A stretch of DNA of 64,000 bases from Acidobacteriota bacterium (GCA_947470805.1 CANIVU010000029.1:1583-65582), one strand, 5' to 3'; shown: positions 45,762-56,004, numbered from the stretch's first letter. The notes: generated from the letters alone by a model not told the origin. Numbers and translations: made by a program.

Positions 45762-46516
45762 GTCGAATAGGTGAACTCCGGCCGGAACTGCACACTGTGC
45801 GCATCGGCCTGCTGAAGGTGGAGCGCCGCCACCCGGCGCAGATAGGGCCGAACCGCCGGGCACGCCACAAGCTCCGAAGCAATCCGCTGCGTCTCTCGCA
45901 GAATCTCTACCTTTACACCACTCTGCACCGGGAAATTCACGAATACCAGGTAGAGGTCCACCCGCGGATCGTCCGGCCACGGCAGGCGATTTCCGTATTG
46001 CTTGTACAACCGCTGGCGCTGGCTGGGCGTCACCAACTCCGCCGCCGCCGTAAGCAGTTGCGCCAACGCCGAAAACGCCGTCGAATCTCCCGCAATTTTC
46101 ACCTCAGCCAGAATCGGAACGTCACTCGACAGCAGCAGGTCAAACCGGACAAACTGCGTCCTGCTCTGACCATTCGAATAAAGGACCGACTGAAACGTCC
46201 GCGCCGGCACCACCTCCCGGTCCACATATCGGAACCCCAACGCGGGCGCCGCCGGAACGGACGCCTCGCCGGCCCGCTCCAACAAACACGCCAGATTCTC
46301 CGTCCGTGATAAATCCCCCGGTACCAGCGGCGGACGCTCGGCAGGATAAAACGGTTCGTCATTCACGTACGAACTGAACTGCGCCACACTCTCCGCAAAC
46401 GCATGCCCCACGGCCGCGCCACTCGCCCCGCGCGCCATCCGCAAATGCTCCGCCGCCGGCAACTTCTTCACCGCCGCAAACCGCCCTCGCAGCGTCGTGT
46501 ACGGAATCGTCAACAC
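45758..46516 (-). CDS. Hypothetical protein with PD-(D/E)XK-like motif
   Basis: 252 aa. RFDLLLSSDVPILAEVKIAGD gives D-x12-E-x-K spacing. The stop overlaps the downstream start (ATGA 45758-45761). The start abuts the M81 peptidase stop. Confidence 0.55.
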   Translation of the reverse strand: MLTIPYTTLRGRFAAVKKLPAAEHLRMARGASGAAVGHAFAESVAQFSSYVNDEPFYPAERPPLVPGDLSRTENLACLLERAGEASVPAAPALGFRYVDREVVPARTFQSVLYSNGQSRTQFVRFDLLLSSDVPILAEVKIAGDSTAFSALAQLLTAAAELVTPSQRQRLYKQYGNRLPWPDDPRVDLYLVFVNFPVQSGVKVEILRETQRIASELVACPAVRPYLRRVAALHLQQADAHSVQFRPEFTYST

Positions 46517-48079
46517 CTACTTCACCCCAAACAGCCCCGGTCGGATTCGCTTATATTCGAACCGCGCAGGATTCACACCCGTCACCCCGCCTGAATCCAC
46601 TTCAATGATCTTCGCCGCCACGGGCTCATACGCCGCCCGCGGCGCAATCGTTCCCTTCGCCACCAATATCTTCATCCGCTCGGGATAAATCCCCACACTG
46701 ATCAGCTGATTCAGACTGAACGGAATGATCCGTTTCGGCGTCAACAGCAACAAATTCGGCATATCCGGCGTAGAACCCTCCACCTCGATCACCACCGAAA
46801 TCCCCATGTCCCAATACCGTCCGCCTCCGTGCCGCACCGCCGTCTCCACAAACCGCCCATCGTGGATCCCCTTCACCCGCCCCTTCACGCGCACCGAATC
46901 GCCGTGCAGGTTATCCGTCTTCCCGCCCACCGGCATGTCGAACGTGCCACCCACGCCCGCCCGGATCGCCGCTTGCACCGCCGAAGGATCGGAGATCGTC
47001 ACCGACCACCCTTCCGCCTTCTGCTTCAACAGCTCCGCCAAAATAAACGTGCTATCGCCCGCCGAACCGCCGCCGATATTGTCGCCGGCGTCCATCAGCG
47101 CCACCGGCCACTGCCCGTTGGTCATCGCCATACGCACCGCCTCCGCCGCCGTCGGCGCCTTCAGCAATAGCTGCGATCGCATGCCCCACAACATGTCCCC
47201 CAACCGCTCCGCCTCCCGCTTCGCCAGTGCCGCGTCGTTGTTGGTCACCACCACCACGCTCGGCCCCATCGCCGGAATATCGGCGTATTGATACCCGCCT
47301 GCCACCGAGGCAACAATCACGCCCGGCTGCTTCTCCAGCTTCTTACTCGCATCCGTAATTGGCAGCATCGGCGGCGCGTAGGTGTTGTGGTAGAGGATGT
47401 TCAACAGCATCGGCGGCTTCACCAGCGCCTGGGTCGGCTTCACCTTGCCGGACACAATATCGGCCATGATCCGCGCCGCCGTCACCCCGGCATCGCGCGC
47501 GTCCAAATGCGGGCACTCCTTGTAGGCCAGCAGCACCGTCGTCAGCTTCACAATCTCCTCGGAGATATTGGCGTGAAAGTCGTGCACGACGACAATCGGG
47601 ATCGAATCGCCAAACACCTTTCGCACCCGCCGCACCACCTCGGCATCGGCGTGCGGATAACTCTCCGTCACCATCGTCCCGTGCAGAAACAGCAAAATCC
47701 CATCCAGCTTCGGCGCCGCGCGAAGCCCGTCGACCAGCTCCTTTGTCAGCGTTTCAAACGCCGAATCCAGCACCGTCCCCATCGTCTGCGGCCCGGCCAG
47801 CATCGTCGGGTACAAATCGAAACCATACTTCGAGGCCCCGTAAATAAAGCCCGCCGTCGTATTGTTCGCCTTTGCCGACTGGGTGATCAGATCCTTCCCG
47901 CGCAGAATCCCATCCACCCCGCCAATGCCCTGCTCGAACTCCGCCAGCCCGGTCTTCTTCGGATTGAATGTGTTTGTCTCATGAACAATCCCGCCCACCC
48001 CAATCAGCGGCCGCGTCTGTCCAAACACCAACGATCCAAGGAAAAGCGCAATGGCAATGCGGTTCATGAGCCGCATCAT
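46517..48079 (-). CDS. M81-family metallopeptidase (MlrC-like)
   Basis: Signal peptide, then IGVGGIVHETNTFNP. The length of 520 aa and overall pattern fit MlrC N- and C-terminal domains. Confidence 0.82.
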   Translation of the reverse strand: MMRLMNRIAIALFLGSLVFGQTRPLIGVGGIVHETNTFNPKKTGLAEFEQGIGGVDGILRGKDLITQSAKANNTTAGFIYGASKYGFDLYPTMLAGPQTMGTVLDSAFETLTKELVDGLRAAPKLDGILLFLHGTMVTESYPHADAEVVRRVRKVFGDSIPIVVVHDFHANISEEIVKLTTVLLAYKECPHLDARDAGVTAARIMADIVSGKVKPTQALVKPPMLLNILYHNTYAPPMLPITDASKKLEKQPGVIVASVAGGYQYADIPAMGPSVVVVTNNDAALAKREAERLGDMLWGMRSQLLLKAPTAAEAVRMAMTNGQWPVALMDAGDNIGGGSAGDSTFILAELLKQKAEGWSVTISDPSAVQAAIRAGVGGTFDMPVGGKTDNLHGDSVRVKGRVKGIHDGRFVETAVRHGGGRYWDMGISVVIEVEGSTPDMPNLLLLTPKRIIPFSLNQLISVGIYPERMKILVAKGTIAPRAAYEPVAAKIIEVDSGGVTGVNPARFEYKRIRPGLFGVK

Positions 48080-48089
48080 ATCAGCCCCG

Positions 48090-49223
48090 CTACTTCAGCC
48101 ACCGGTCGAACCACGCAAACGCGTCGCGCTGCATGTCGGCGTCGAACTTGTGCGGCCCCGGATAGAACCCGCACTTATACTTCTCCGGCGCCCCGGCTTT
48201 CTTGTAGATCTCACCCAGCATCCGGTCGGCCCGTTCCATCTCGGAAAGAGTAAACAGCCGGTCCTGGCTGTTGTTCAGAACCATCGCCGCGGCCGGCACG
48301 TTTAACCCCAGAATCTCCGGATAGTCCAGGTCCAACGGCAACCCCGGCACGTAGCACATCCACGTGTGCGTATAGCACTTATTCAGTAGATAGTCCCGCC
48401 ACGTGGTCATCATCCCCGCCGCGCAGGACACCTTAATCCGCGGGTCCAACCCCGACAACATCACCGCCCGCAATCCGCCGCCCGACAACCCGCAACACCC
48501 CACGCGCTCCGCATCCACGTCCGGCCGCGCGCACAGATAATCCAATGCCCGCTGGTCTTCGTAGCTGAACACGCCCGGCCACGTCAGCCCCGCGCTGAAC
48601 AGGCTCTTGGCCATGATGTGCTCATGCTGCGCCGCAAACTGGTTGTACTTCTCAATCTCTTCGTTGGACTCCGGGTCGCGCTCCGCCAGGTTCCCCTTCA
48701 CGCCATCCGCCAGGTCCGCCGCCCGCACGCGCCGGCTACCGAAGCCAAACGAATCGTGCACCAGCACCGCATACCCACGGCGCGCCAACTCATTCACCCA
48801 CGCCTTCCCGCTGTAGTAAAGCGCCTGATGCTTGACCATCAGCGGGTGCGGATCCTTGGTCGACATCGTGATCTTCCGCACGCCGAAATACTTGTTCCCG
48901 CCGTGATCGTGCAGGCCCACCACGCCCGGCAACTTCCCCTTCGCGCCCAGCGGCTTCAACAGCACCGCCTCCGTCGGCGGCCCATAGGACAACTGCCAAC
49001 TCAAATGTTCAATCGATAACCCGTCAAACTCCTGCGCATGCTGCACCGTCACCTGCGGCACACCCGCCGGCCCCGGCGGCAGCAATAGCTCGGTAAACCG
49101 AGCCCGAGCCCGCCGCTTCCACGCAGCCACGTCCTTGAACTCCGGCCGCCGGAACGACAGCCGCGGCGGGTCCGCCGCAATCCGCGACGCCCAGTCGCCG
49201 TAAGCTCCAATCATCGATGGCAT
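48090..49223 (-). CDS. Alpha/beta hydrolase (acetyl-xylan-esterase/dienelactone-hydrolase-like)
   Basis: ORF trimmed to ATG 49223 (MPSMIGAYGDW). GVVGLHDHGG, and nucleophile elbow GCCGLSGGG. Confidence 0.8.
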   Translation of the reverse strand: MPSMIGAYGDWASRIAADPPRLSFRRPEFKDVAAWKRRARARFTELLLPPGPAGVPQVTVQHAQEFDGLSIEHLSWQLSYGPPTEAVLLKPLGAKGKLPGVVGLHDHGGNKYFGVRKITMSTKDPHPLMVKHQALYYSGKAWVNELARRGYAVLVHDSFGFGSRRVRAADLADGVKGNLAERDPESNEEIEKYNQFAAQHEHIMAKSLFSAGLTWPGVFSYEDQRALDYLCARPDVDAERVGCCGLSGGGLRAVMLSGLDPRIKVSCAAGMMTTWRDYLLNKCYTHTWMCYVPGLPLDLDYPEILGLNVPAAAMVLNNSQDRLFTLSEMERADRMLGEIYKKAGAPEKYKCGFYPGPHKFDADMQRDAFAWFDRWLK

Positions 49224-49232
49224 GCCAACAAT

Positions 49233-49288
49233 CTTAATCCCCGGCGGGCGCCAGCGCAGGCTTAATCCCCGGCGGGCGCCAGCGCAGG
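49233..49288. repeat. Perfect 28-bp tandem duplication spanning the 3' end of the RND gene
   Basis: cttaatccccggcgggcgccagcgcagg occurs at 49233-49260 and again at 49261-49288. The second copy holds the last 8 codons plus the stop of the RND permease gene. Confidence 0.95.
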
Positions 49289-52200
49289 TTGCCCCGCCCC
49301 GGGCCGCGACGAAGGCCGCGCGCCGGCAAGCCGCGTCTGCACCTTCGCCAGATACAAATACACCACCGGCGTCAGATACAAAGTAATGAACTGGGAAAAC
49401 ACCAATCCACCGACCACGCACAACCCCAGCGGCCGCCGCGCTTCTCCGCCCGCGCCTTGTCCCAGCGCAATCGGCAACGCACCCAGCAAGGCGCACATCG
49501 TCGTCATCATGATCGGCCGGAACCGGATCAAACAGCCCTGATAAATCGCATCGTACGGCGATTGCCCCTGCACACGCTCCGCCTCCAGCGCGAAGTCGAT
49601 CTGCATAATCGCGTTCTTCTTCACAATCCCGATCAGCAAAATCAAACCTACGAAAGAGTAGATGTTCAGATCCAGGTTGAACAGATACAGCGTCAGCAGC
49701 GCCCCAAACCCGGCCGAGGGCAACCCCGACAGAATCGTCAACGGGTGAATAAAGCTCTCATACAGAATCCCCAGCACCAGATACACCACAAAAATGGCCA
49801 CAAACAGCAGCAGCATCAGGTTCTTCGATGACTGCTGAAACGCCTGCGCTGTGCCCTGGAACGTTCGGCTCACCGTCGCCGGCAACGTTCGGTCCGCCAG
49901 GTCTTCAATCTGCTTCACCGCATCGCCCAACGAAGCCCCGGGGCTCAAATTAAACGCCAGCGTCACCGCCGTCAACTGCCCGTAGTGATTAATCGCCTGC
50001 GGCCCGGCCTTCGGCTCCATCTTCGCTACGGCGTCAATCGGCACCAGATTCCCATCCGTCGAACGCACATACAAATTCGACACCTCGCTCGGATCGGACT
50101 GGAATCCACGCTCCACTTCCAACAGCACGCGGTACTGGTTGTCCGGCGCGTAGATCGTAGAAATCCACCGCGGCCCGTAGGCGTCAAACAGCGCGTTCTC
50201 AATCTGCTCCGGAGTAACATGCAGCGTCGCGGCCTTATCCCGGTCGATCTCCACATGTAGCTCCGGATTCTTGATCTGCAAATCCGTAGTTACATCGACG
50301 ACACCCGGAATCTTCGCCATCTCTTTTTCCATCTCCGGAATGCTCTTGTACAACGTCGCCGTATCGCCGCTCAGCAGCGTGTACTGGTACAGGCTTTTCG
50401 TCAGCGATCCACCAATGCGAATGCTGGGCGGGTTCTGCAAAAACGCCCGCAGATTCGGGTCGCTGTTCAGCTTCGGCCGCAGCCGCGCCATCACCGCGTC
50501 CACGCTCTCCTTACGCTCGTGAATCGGCTTCAAATGGAAGAACAGACGTCCAAAGTTCGGCCCGTTATTCGACACCGCGCCCGAAGTTCCACCCATGCCG
50601 CTGAAGAACGCCTCCACCGCCGGATCTTTCTTCGCGATCTCGGCCATCTTCTGCACGTTGGCCATCATCTGTGAGTGCGAAGTGCCCTGCGGCGCCTCAA
50701 TGATCGTCAGAATCTGCCCGGTATCTTCGCTCGGAATGAATCCTTTCGGCACTAACTGGAACAAGTAAACAGTCCCGCCCAGAATCGCGAAGGAAAACAG
50801 TAACATCGCAAACCGGTGCCGTAGCGTCCACAACAGGCTCCGGTCGTACACTCGCAGCATCCAGTCAAAAATGCCCTCGGTGAAGTTATACAGCTTCCCG
50901 TGTTCGCCATGATGCGCCTGCAGGAACCGGGCCGAGAGCATCGGCGTCAAAGTTACCGACACAAAGCCCGACACCAGAATCGCCACCACAATCGTCACAG
51001 AGAACTCCCGGAACAGCCGGCCCAGAATCCCGCCCATGAACAACAGCGGAATAAATACGGCCGCCAGCGAAATCGTCATCGAAACAATCGTGAAGCTCAC
51101 CTCACGTGCGCCCTCGTAGGCGGCCCGCATTGGCGGCACGCCGTCTTCCATGTGCCGCACGATATTCTCAAGCACCACAATGGCATCGTCCACAACGAAC
51201 CCGATTGCCAGAATCAGCGCCATCATCGACAGATTGTCCAGGCTGTAGTTGCACAGATACATTACCGAAAATGTGCCCAGCACCGCAATCGGCAGGGCCA
51301 GCGACGGAATCACCGTGGCCGAGAAATTCCGCAGGAACAGGAAGATCACCATGATCACCAGCCCCAGCGTCAGGAACATCGTGAACTGCACGTCTTCAAA
51401 CGATTCGCGAATCGTCGCCGCACGGTCGGTCAGGATCCCCAACTTCACCGTCGGCGGCAGCGCCGCATTGAACTGCGGGAACAGCGCCTTCACGCCGTCG
51501 GCCACCTCCACCGCATTCGTACCCGGCTGCCGCAACACCGCCAGCACCAACGCCCGCTGGCTCTCGGTCGGCGTGTTGAACCACGACGCGGCCTTGTCAT
51601 CTTCCACGCTGTCGATCACCGTAGCGATCTCATCCAGCCGTACCGGCGCCCCGCCGGAATAGGCCACAATCATCGGCTTGTACGACTCGGCGTCCACCAG
51701 TTGGCCCGTCGCGTGGATCGTCACCATCTGGTCTTTCCCATACAGCGTACCCGTCGGAATGTTCACGTTGTGCTTCCGGATCGCCGTCTCAACTTCGTCA
51801 ATCCCAATATGGCGCGACGCCAGCGCATCCGGGTTCACCTGAATCCGCACAGCGTACTTCTGCGCACCCATTACCTGCACCTGCGCCACGCCCGGCACCA
51901 TCGACATCCGCTGCGCCATCATCGTGTCGGCATACTCGTGCAGCTTATAGAGCGGCATAGATTTCGACGTGATGGTCATGTACAGCACCGGCTGGTCGGC
52001 CGGATTCACTTTCTTGAACGTCGGCGGATTCGGCATCCCCGGCGGCAACAACGGCGAGGCCTGCGTAATCGCCGCCTGCACGTCCTGTGCCGCCGCATCC
52101 AAATCACGGCTCAACGCAAACTGCAGCGTCACCGACGTCGAACCCAGCGCGCTCACCGAGTTCATCGAATCCAGACCTTCAATGGTCGAAAACTGCCTTT

Positions 52201-52429
52201 CCAACGGCGTTGCCACCGCCGATGCCATCGTCTCGGGATTTGCGCCCGGCACGCTCGCGCTCACCACCAGCGTAGGCAAGTCCACATTCGGCAAATCGCT
52301 CACTGGTAGAAACTTGTACGCTACCAAACCGAAAATCGTAATCGCCGTCATGATCAGCGTCGTCGCCACCGACCGCTGAATGAACAACCCCGTAAAACCG
52401 CCGCCCTTATATGAGGATCCTAAGTTCAC
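49262..52429 (-). CDS. RND efflux transporter permease (AcrB/MdtB-like)
   Basis: 1055 aa. FIQRSVATTLIMTAITIFG..., 12-TM two-lobe architecture, and LAIGFVVDDAIVVLENI. Confidence 0.95.
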   Translation of the reverse strand: MNLGSSYKGGGFTGLFIQRSVATTLIMTAITIFGLVAYKFLPVSDLPNVDLPTLVVSASVPGANPETMASAVATPLERQFSTIEGLDSMNSVSALGSTSVTLQFALSRDLDAAAQDVQAAITQASPLLPPGMPNPPTFKKVNPADQPVLYMTITSKSMPLYKLHEYADTMMAQRMSMVPGVAQVQVMGAQKYAVRIQVNPDALASRHIGIDEVETAIRKHNVNIPTGTLYGKDQMVTIHATGQLVDAESYKPMIVAYSGGAPVRLDEIATVIDSVEDDKAASWFNTPTESQRALVLAVLRQPGTNAVEVADGVKALFPQFNAALPPTVKLGILTDRAATIRESFEDVQFTMFLTLGLVIMVIFLFLRNFSATVIPSLALPIAVLGTFSVMYLCNYSLDNLSMMALILAIGFVVDDAIVVLENIVRHMEDGVPPMRAAYEGAREVSFTIVSMTISLAAVFIPLLFMGGILGRLFREFSVTIVVAILVSGFVSVTLTPMLSARFLQAHHGEHGKLYNFTEGIFDWMLRVYDRSLLWTLRHRFAMLLFSFAILGGTVYLFQLVPKGFIPSEDTGQILTIIEAPQGTSHSQMMANVQKMAEIAKKDPAVEAFFSGMGGTSGAVSNNGPNFGRLFFHLKPIHERKESVDAVMARLRPKLNSDPNLRAFLQNPPSIRIGGSLTKSLYQYTLLSGDTATLYKSIPEMEKEMAKIPGVVDVTTDLQIKNPELHVEIDRDKAATLHVTPEQIENALFDAYGPRWISTIYAPDNQYRVLLEVERGFQSDPSEVSNLYVRSTDGNLVPIDAVAKMEPKAGPQAINHYGQLTAVTLAFNLSPGASLGDAVKQIEDLADRTLPATVSRTFQGTAQAFQQSSKNLMLLLFVAIFVVYLVLGILYESFIHPLTILSGLPSAGFGALLTLYLFNLDLNIYSFVGLILLIGIVKKNAIMQIDFALEAERVQGQSPYDAIYQGCLIRFRPIMMTTMCALLGALPIALGQGAGGEARRPLGLCVVGGLVFSQFITLYLTPVVYLYLAKVQTRLAGARPSSRPGAGQPALAPAGD

Positions 52430-53613
52430 GATGCGGCCTTCACTTTCATCCCCGGCGCCAAACGCAACTGCCCTTCCACCACCACCTGCTCCCCGCTCTT
52501 CAACCCGGACTCGATCGCCACATCCCTGTCCGCCCTCGTGCCGATCTTCACCGGCCGCATTTCCACTGTCTGCTGCGGCGTCAACACATACACGTAGTTG
52601 CCGGTTTGGCTATTCTGCAACGCCGCCGCCGGGATTACCACCGCGCCCTCCTGCTGCTCCAGCAGCACCTTCACATGCACAAACTGCCCCGGCCACAACC
52701 GCGTCTCCGCATTCGGAAAGGTGGCCTTCAACTTAATCGTTCCCGTCGCCGCCTCCACCGAGTTATCCATAAACGTAATCGTCCCGCGCGAATCCGGCAA
52801 CGTGTCGCCAGGGATCGAGGCACTCACAGCCAAACCGCCCCGCTTCATCCGCTCCCGCAGAACAATCAGTTTTGCTTCCGGAACCGTGAACGCCACATAC
52901 GCCGGCTGCACCTGGTGAATCGTCACCATGTCGGAATCCCCGGCCTTCACCACGTTCCCCACCTTGATCCGCACATCGCCCGTCCGCCCCGTAATCTGCG
53001 CCTTCATGCTGCAATAGCTCAACTGCAACCGCGCATTGTCCAGCGCCGCAATGTCCGATTGAATCGTGGCCTTAATGCTGTCAATCGCCGCCGTCACCGC
53101 CCGCACATTCGTCCGTCGCGCCCGCGCTTCCACCGCCGCCTGGTCGGCCTGCTCCTGCGAAACAATGCCCTCTTTGGCCAGCTTCTCGTAGCGCGTCGCC
53201 TGCATTCCGTAGAACGCTTCCTGCGCCTGCGCGCTTGCCAACTGCGCCTCCGATTGCGCCTGCAACGCCCGGTCCCGCGCCAGCGTCGCCTCCCACTGCT
53301 TCACCGACTCCTGGTGCGTCCGCGGGTCGATCTCAAACAACGGATCCCCCTTCTTCACCGTATCGCCTTCTGTGAAATAGGCCTTGATCACCGTCCCGCC
53401 AATGATCGGCTTCACCTGCACCGAATTCATCGACTCCACTTTGCCGATGGTCTTAATCTCCACCGGCACGCTCCGCACCGTTGCCGTTGCGAACTTCACC
53501 GCTGTTGCCGGCGGCGCGGGGTTACCCGCCGCCGCGGCCGTCGGCTCCGTCTTCGTACAACCTGCCAGCGCCAGCACGCCCGCCGCCAACGCGGTGTTCT
53601 TCCAGAATCTCAT
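52426..53613 (-). CDS. RND efflux periplasmic adaptor (MFP) lipoprotein
   Basis: Lipobox LALAGC. Coiled-coil hairpin region. A 4-nt overlap with the permease gene. Confidence 0.9.
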   Translation of the reverse strand: MRFWKNTALAAGVLALAGCTKTEPTAAAAGNPAPPATAVKFATATVRSVPVEIKTIGKVESMNSVQVKPIIGGTVIKAYFTEGDTVKKGDPLFEIDPRTHQESVKQWEATLARDRALQAQSEAQLASAQAQEAFYGMQATRYEKLAKEGIVSQEQADQAAVEARARRTNVRAVTAAIDSIKATIQSDIAALDNARLQLSYCSMKAQITGRTGDVRIKVGNVVKAGDSDMVTIHQVQPAYVAFTVPEAKLIVLRERMKRGGLAVSASIPGDTLPDSRGTITFMDNSVEAATGTIKLKATFPNAETRLWPGQFVHVKVLLEQQEGAVVIPAAALQNSQTGNYVYVLTPQQTVEMRPVKIGTRADRDVAIESGLKSGEQVVVEGQLRLAPGMKVKAAS

Positions 53614-54227
53614 TTGCTTCCGATGCCTTTCCAGACAAACTCATACAATGTCGCAATAGGAACTTCCGGCGCCTCCCCGGCCCCGTGAAGAATATTTTGC
53701 GCCAACGCGGCGCGGATCAGGTCGTAGATCATTCGTGCGGTGCGCGGCACGTCGAACGGTCGTAATTGCCCCTGCGCAATCCCGTCAGCCAGGACGGATT
53801 CCAGCAACTTGGCCTGCTGCTCATACAGATCCTGAAATTCGGGCTGGCTGTTGGCCGTCCCCGCAATCAGGTGCGAAAACTCAGTGTAATAGATTCGGAA
53901 GAACTCCCGGTTGCGCGAAAAATATTGGAACCGTCCGGCGATAAAGGAGTGCAACTTTCCCTCACACGAATCGGCCGCCTCCATCTCCGCCACAACCTCG
54001 GCGTGCAGAGCTAAAACGCCTTCCCGTAGCGATGCCAGAAACAGTTCCCGCTTCGATTCGAAGTACAGGTAAACCGTCCCTTTTGCCACTCCCGCCGCCA
54101 GCGCGATCGCATCGATCGTCGCCCCCGAAAAGCCCCGCTGCGCAAACACTGTCCGCGCCGCGTCCAGAATCTCCGCCGTTCGGAATTCCAGCAATACATC
54201 TTTCTTGGTCTTCCCGGCTATTGCCAT
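53610..54227 (-). CDS. TetR/AcrR family transcriptional regulator
   Basis: ORF trimmed to ATG 54227. HTH at ILDAARTVFAQRGFSGATIDAIALAAGVAKGTVYLYF. A 4-nt overlap with the MFP start. Confidence 0.9.
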   Translation of the reverse strand: MAIAGKTKKDVLLEFRTAEILDAARTVFAQRGFSGATIDAIALAAGVAKGTVYLYFESKRELFLASLREGVLALHAEVVAEMEAADSCEGKLHSFIAGRFQYFSRNREFFRIYYTEFSHLIAGTANSQPEFQDLYEQQAKLLESVLADGIAQGQLRPFDVPRTARMIYDLIRAALAQNILHGAGEAPEVPIATLYEFVWKGIGSK

Positions 54228-54269
54228 TGACCAAGAATACAGTCCACTGACCGGCCAGTCAACTCGCAA

Positions 54270-54860
54270 ATGTCACATACTAGCCCTGTGCCGCAGACCG
54301 ACACCAATGTCACCCAACTCCTCAGCCGCTGGAGCGCCGGCGACCCCGCCGCCCTGCAAGCACTCATCCCCCTCGTCTACGCCGAACTTCGCCGCCTCGC
54401 CGCCGGCAACCTCGCCCGCGAACGCGCTGGCCACACCCTCCAACCCACCGCCCTCGTCCACGAAGCCTACCTCCGCCTCGTCCAGCAGCATTCCGTCGAT
54501 TTCGACAGCCGCCTGAAATTCTATGCCGCCGCCGCCCAGATGATGCGCCGTGTCCTCTGCGACCGTGCCCGTCACCGCAACGCCAAGAAGCGCGGGGACG
54601 GCGCCACCCATCTCACCATCGATCTCGAAATTCCAGACCATCCTCAACCGGAAACCGTCGACCTCGAACGCCTCGACGCCGCCCTCTCCCAGCTCGAACA
54701 ACTCGATCCCCGCAAGGTCCGCATCGTCGAACTCCGCTACTTCGCCGGCCTCTCCATTGCCGACGCCGCCGTCACTCTCGCGCTCTCCCTGGCCACCATC
54801 AAACGCGAATGGTCCGTCGCCCGCGCCTGGCTCGCCAGCCGCCTCCGCGCCGAATCGTGA
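54270..54860 (+). CDS. ECF-type sigma factor (TIGR02999-like)
   Basis: VTQLLSRWSAGDPAALQALIPLVYAELRRLAAGNLARERAGHTLQPTALVHEAYLRL. Region 4 at LSIADAAVTLALSLATIKREWSVARAWL. Confidence 0.9.
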   Translation: MSHTSPVPQTDTNVTQLLSRWSAGDPAALQALIPLVYAELRRLAAGNLARERAGHTLQPTALVHEAYLRLVQQHSVDFDSRLKFYAAAAQMMRRVLCDRARHRNAKKRGDGATHLTIDLEIPDHPQPETVDLERLDAALSQLEQLDPRKVRIVELRYFAGLSIADAAVTLALSLATIKREWSVARAWLASRLRAES

Positions 54861-54892
54861 GCCACTTCTGAACTTCTTTCGCGATAAGAGAT

Positions 54893-55945
54893 ATGAGAAA
54901 TCTAATCCTGATCGCCATCGCCGCCGCCACCCTCCAAGCCGCTCCCACTTTCCAAGGCCAGATCACCTCCAACGTCACCAATTTCGGCGGATCGGTGGCC
55001 ACCGACGGCTCCACTCTCGCCGTCGGTTCTTTCTCCAGCGTCGATTTCTATCGGTGGGATGGAAAGACATGGATCTTCAATTCCCGCGTAGCCGTCCCCG
55101 CCTTCACCGTTGGGTTGGCCGTGTACAAAACCTCAGCCGTCGGCAAGCACGCCAATGGCGCCTACGCCTTCGAGTTCAACGGCACTACCTGGTCCCTCAC
55201 ACAATCGCTCGCCCTCGCCGACGGCTTCGGCACCTACGGCGGCACAATTATCTCGCTCCTTAACAACACCGCCGTCATCGGCGCGCCCAATATCTCTAAT
55301 GGCCGCGGCCAGGCTTACGTCCTAGCCCGCGCCACCCCGGGCACGCCCTGGAGCCTCGTTCAAACCCTCTTCGCCCAGACGTCCAACCCTGACAACTACG
55401 GCATCTCCGTGGCGTTAGGCGCCGTTGGAACAACACGGTATCTCCTCGTCGGCGCCAGCATGTTCAATAATGCCAGTGGCGTCGTATACGCCTACCTGCA
55501 GAACGGCTCGACGTTCACGATCGCCGGCGTCATCCCCAGCCCCGCCTCGGGGACGGCCCGTTTTGGTCAAACCATCGCCGCCGCGGGAACCAACACGCTG
55601 GTTGGCGCCCCGGCCAATCTCGGCTTCTCCGGCTCGGCCCACCTCTACTCGATTGCCTTCCCGAGCGGGCAACTGGCCGCGACAGCCACTTCCTACCTCA
55701 CCTCGCCCGGATTGACGTTATACGGGACCGGACTCGCCCTCACCAGCACCTACGCCCTCATCGCCAGTCGCGACACGCTCGACTGGCATCCAGTCATCAG
55801 CGGCTCGCTCGGAATCGCCACCCATCTCCAAGTCCCGGCTCATAGCTCCGGCTGGGGCGTAGCGCTCGCCTCCGCCTCCGGCCAGACCTTCGTCGCCGAC
55901 TACGGAGCCTTCAACAATGCCGGCGCAGTAAGTTGGTACAGATAA
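54893..55945 (+). CDS. Secreted beta-propeller protein with FG-GAP-like repeats
   Basis: Signal MRNLILIAIAAATLQA. About 6 repeats of the pattern G.SVA..G.TL.VGAP...G.AYV. The Ca-binding DxDxDG motif is not seen. Confidence 0.55.
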   Translation: MRNLILIAIAAATLQAAPTFQGQITSNVTNFGGSVATDGSTLAVGSFSSVDFYRWDGKTWIFNSRVAVPAFTVGLAVYKTSAVGKHANGAYAFEFNGTTWSLTQSLALADGFGTYGGTIISLLNNTAVIGAPNISNGRGQAYVLARATPGTPWSLVQTLFAQTSNPDNYGISVALGAVGTTRYLLVGASMFNNASGVVYAYLQNGSTFTIAGVIPSPASGTARFGQTIAAAGTNTLVGAPANLGFSGSAHLYSIAFPSGQLAATATSYLTSPGLTLYGTGLALTSTYALIASRDTLDWHPVISGSLGIATHLQVPAHSSGWGVALASASGQTFVADYGAFNNAGAVSWYR

Positions 55946-56004
55946 TCACCACTAACTCGTTGCATCAGCTATCCTGACATTCAACTGTCAGTCGGAGGGA
56001 TTCG

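Noticed and set aside
49262-54227. Absence of an outer-membrane factor gene in the TetR-MFP-RND operon
   Set aside because: RND pumps frequently use an unlinked TolC-like channel. This is not unusual.
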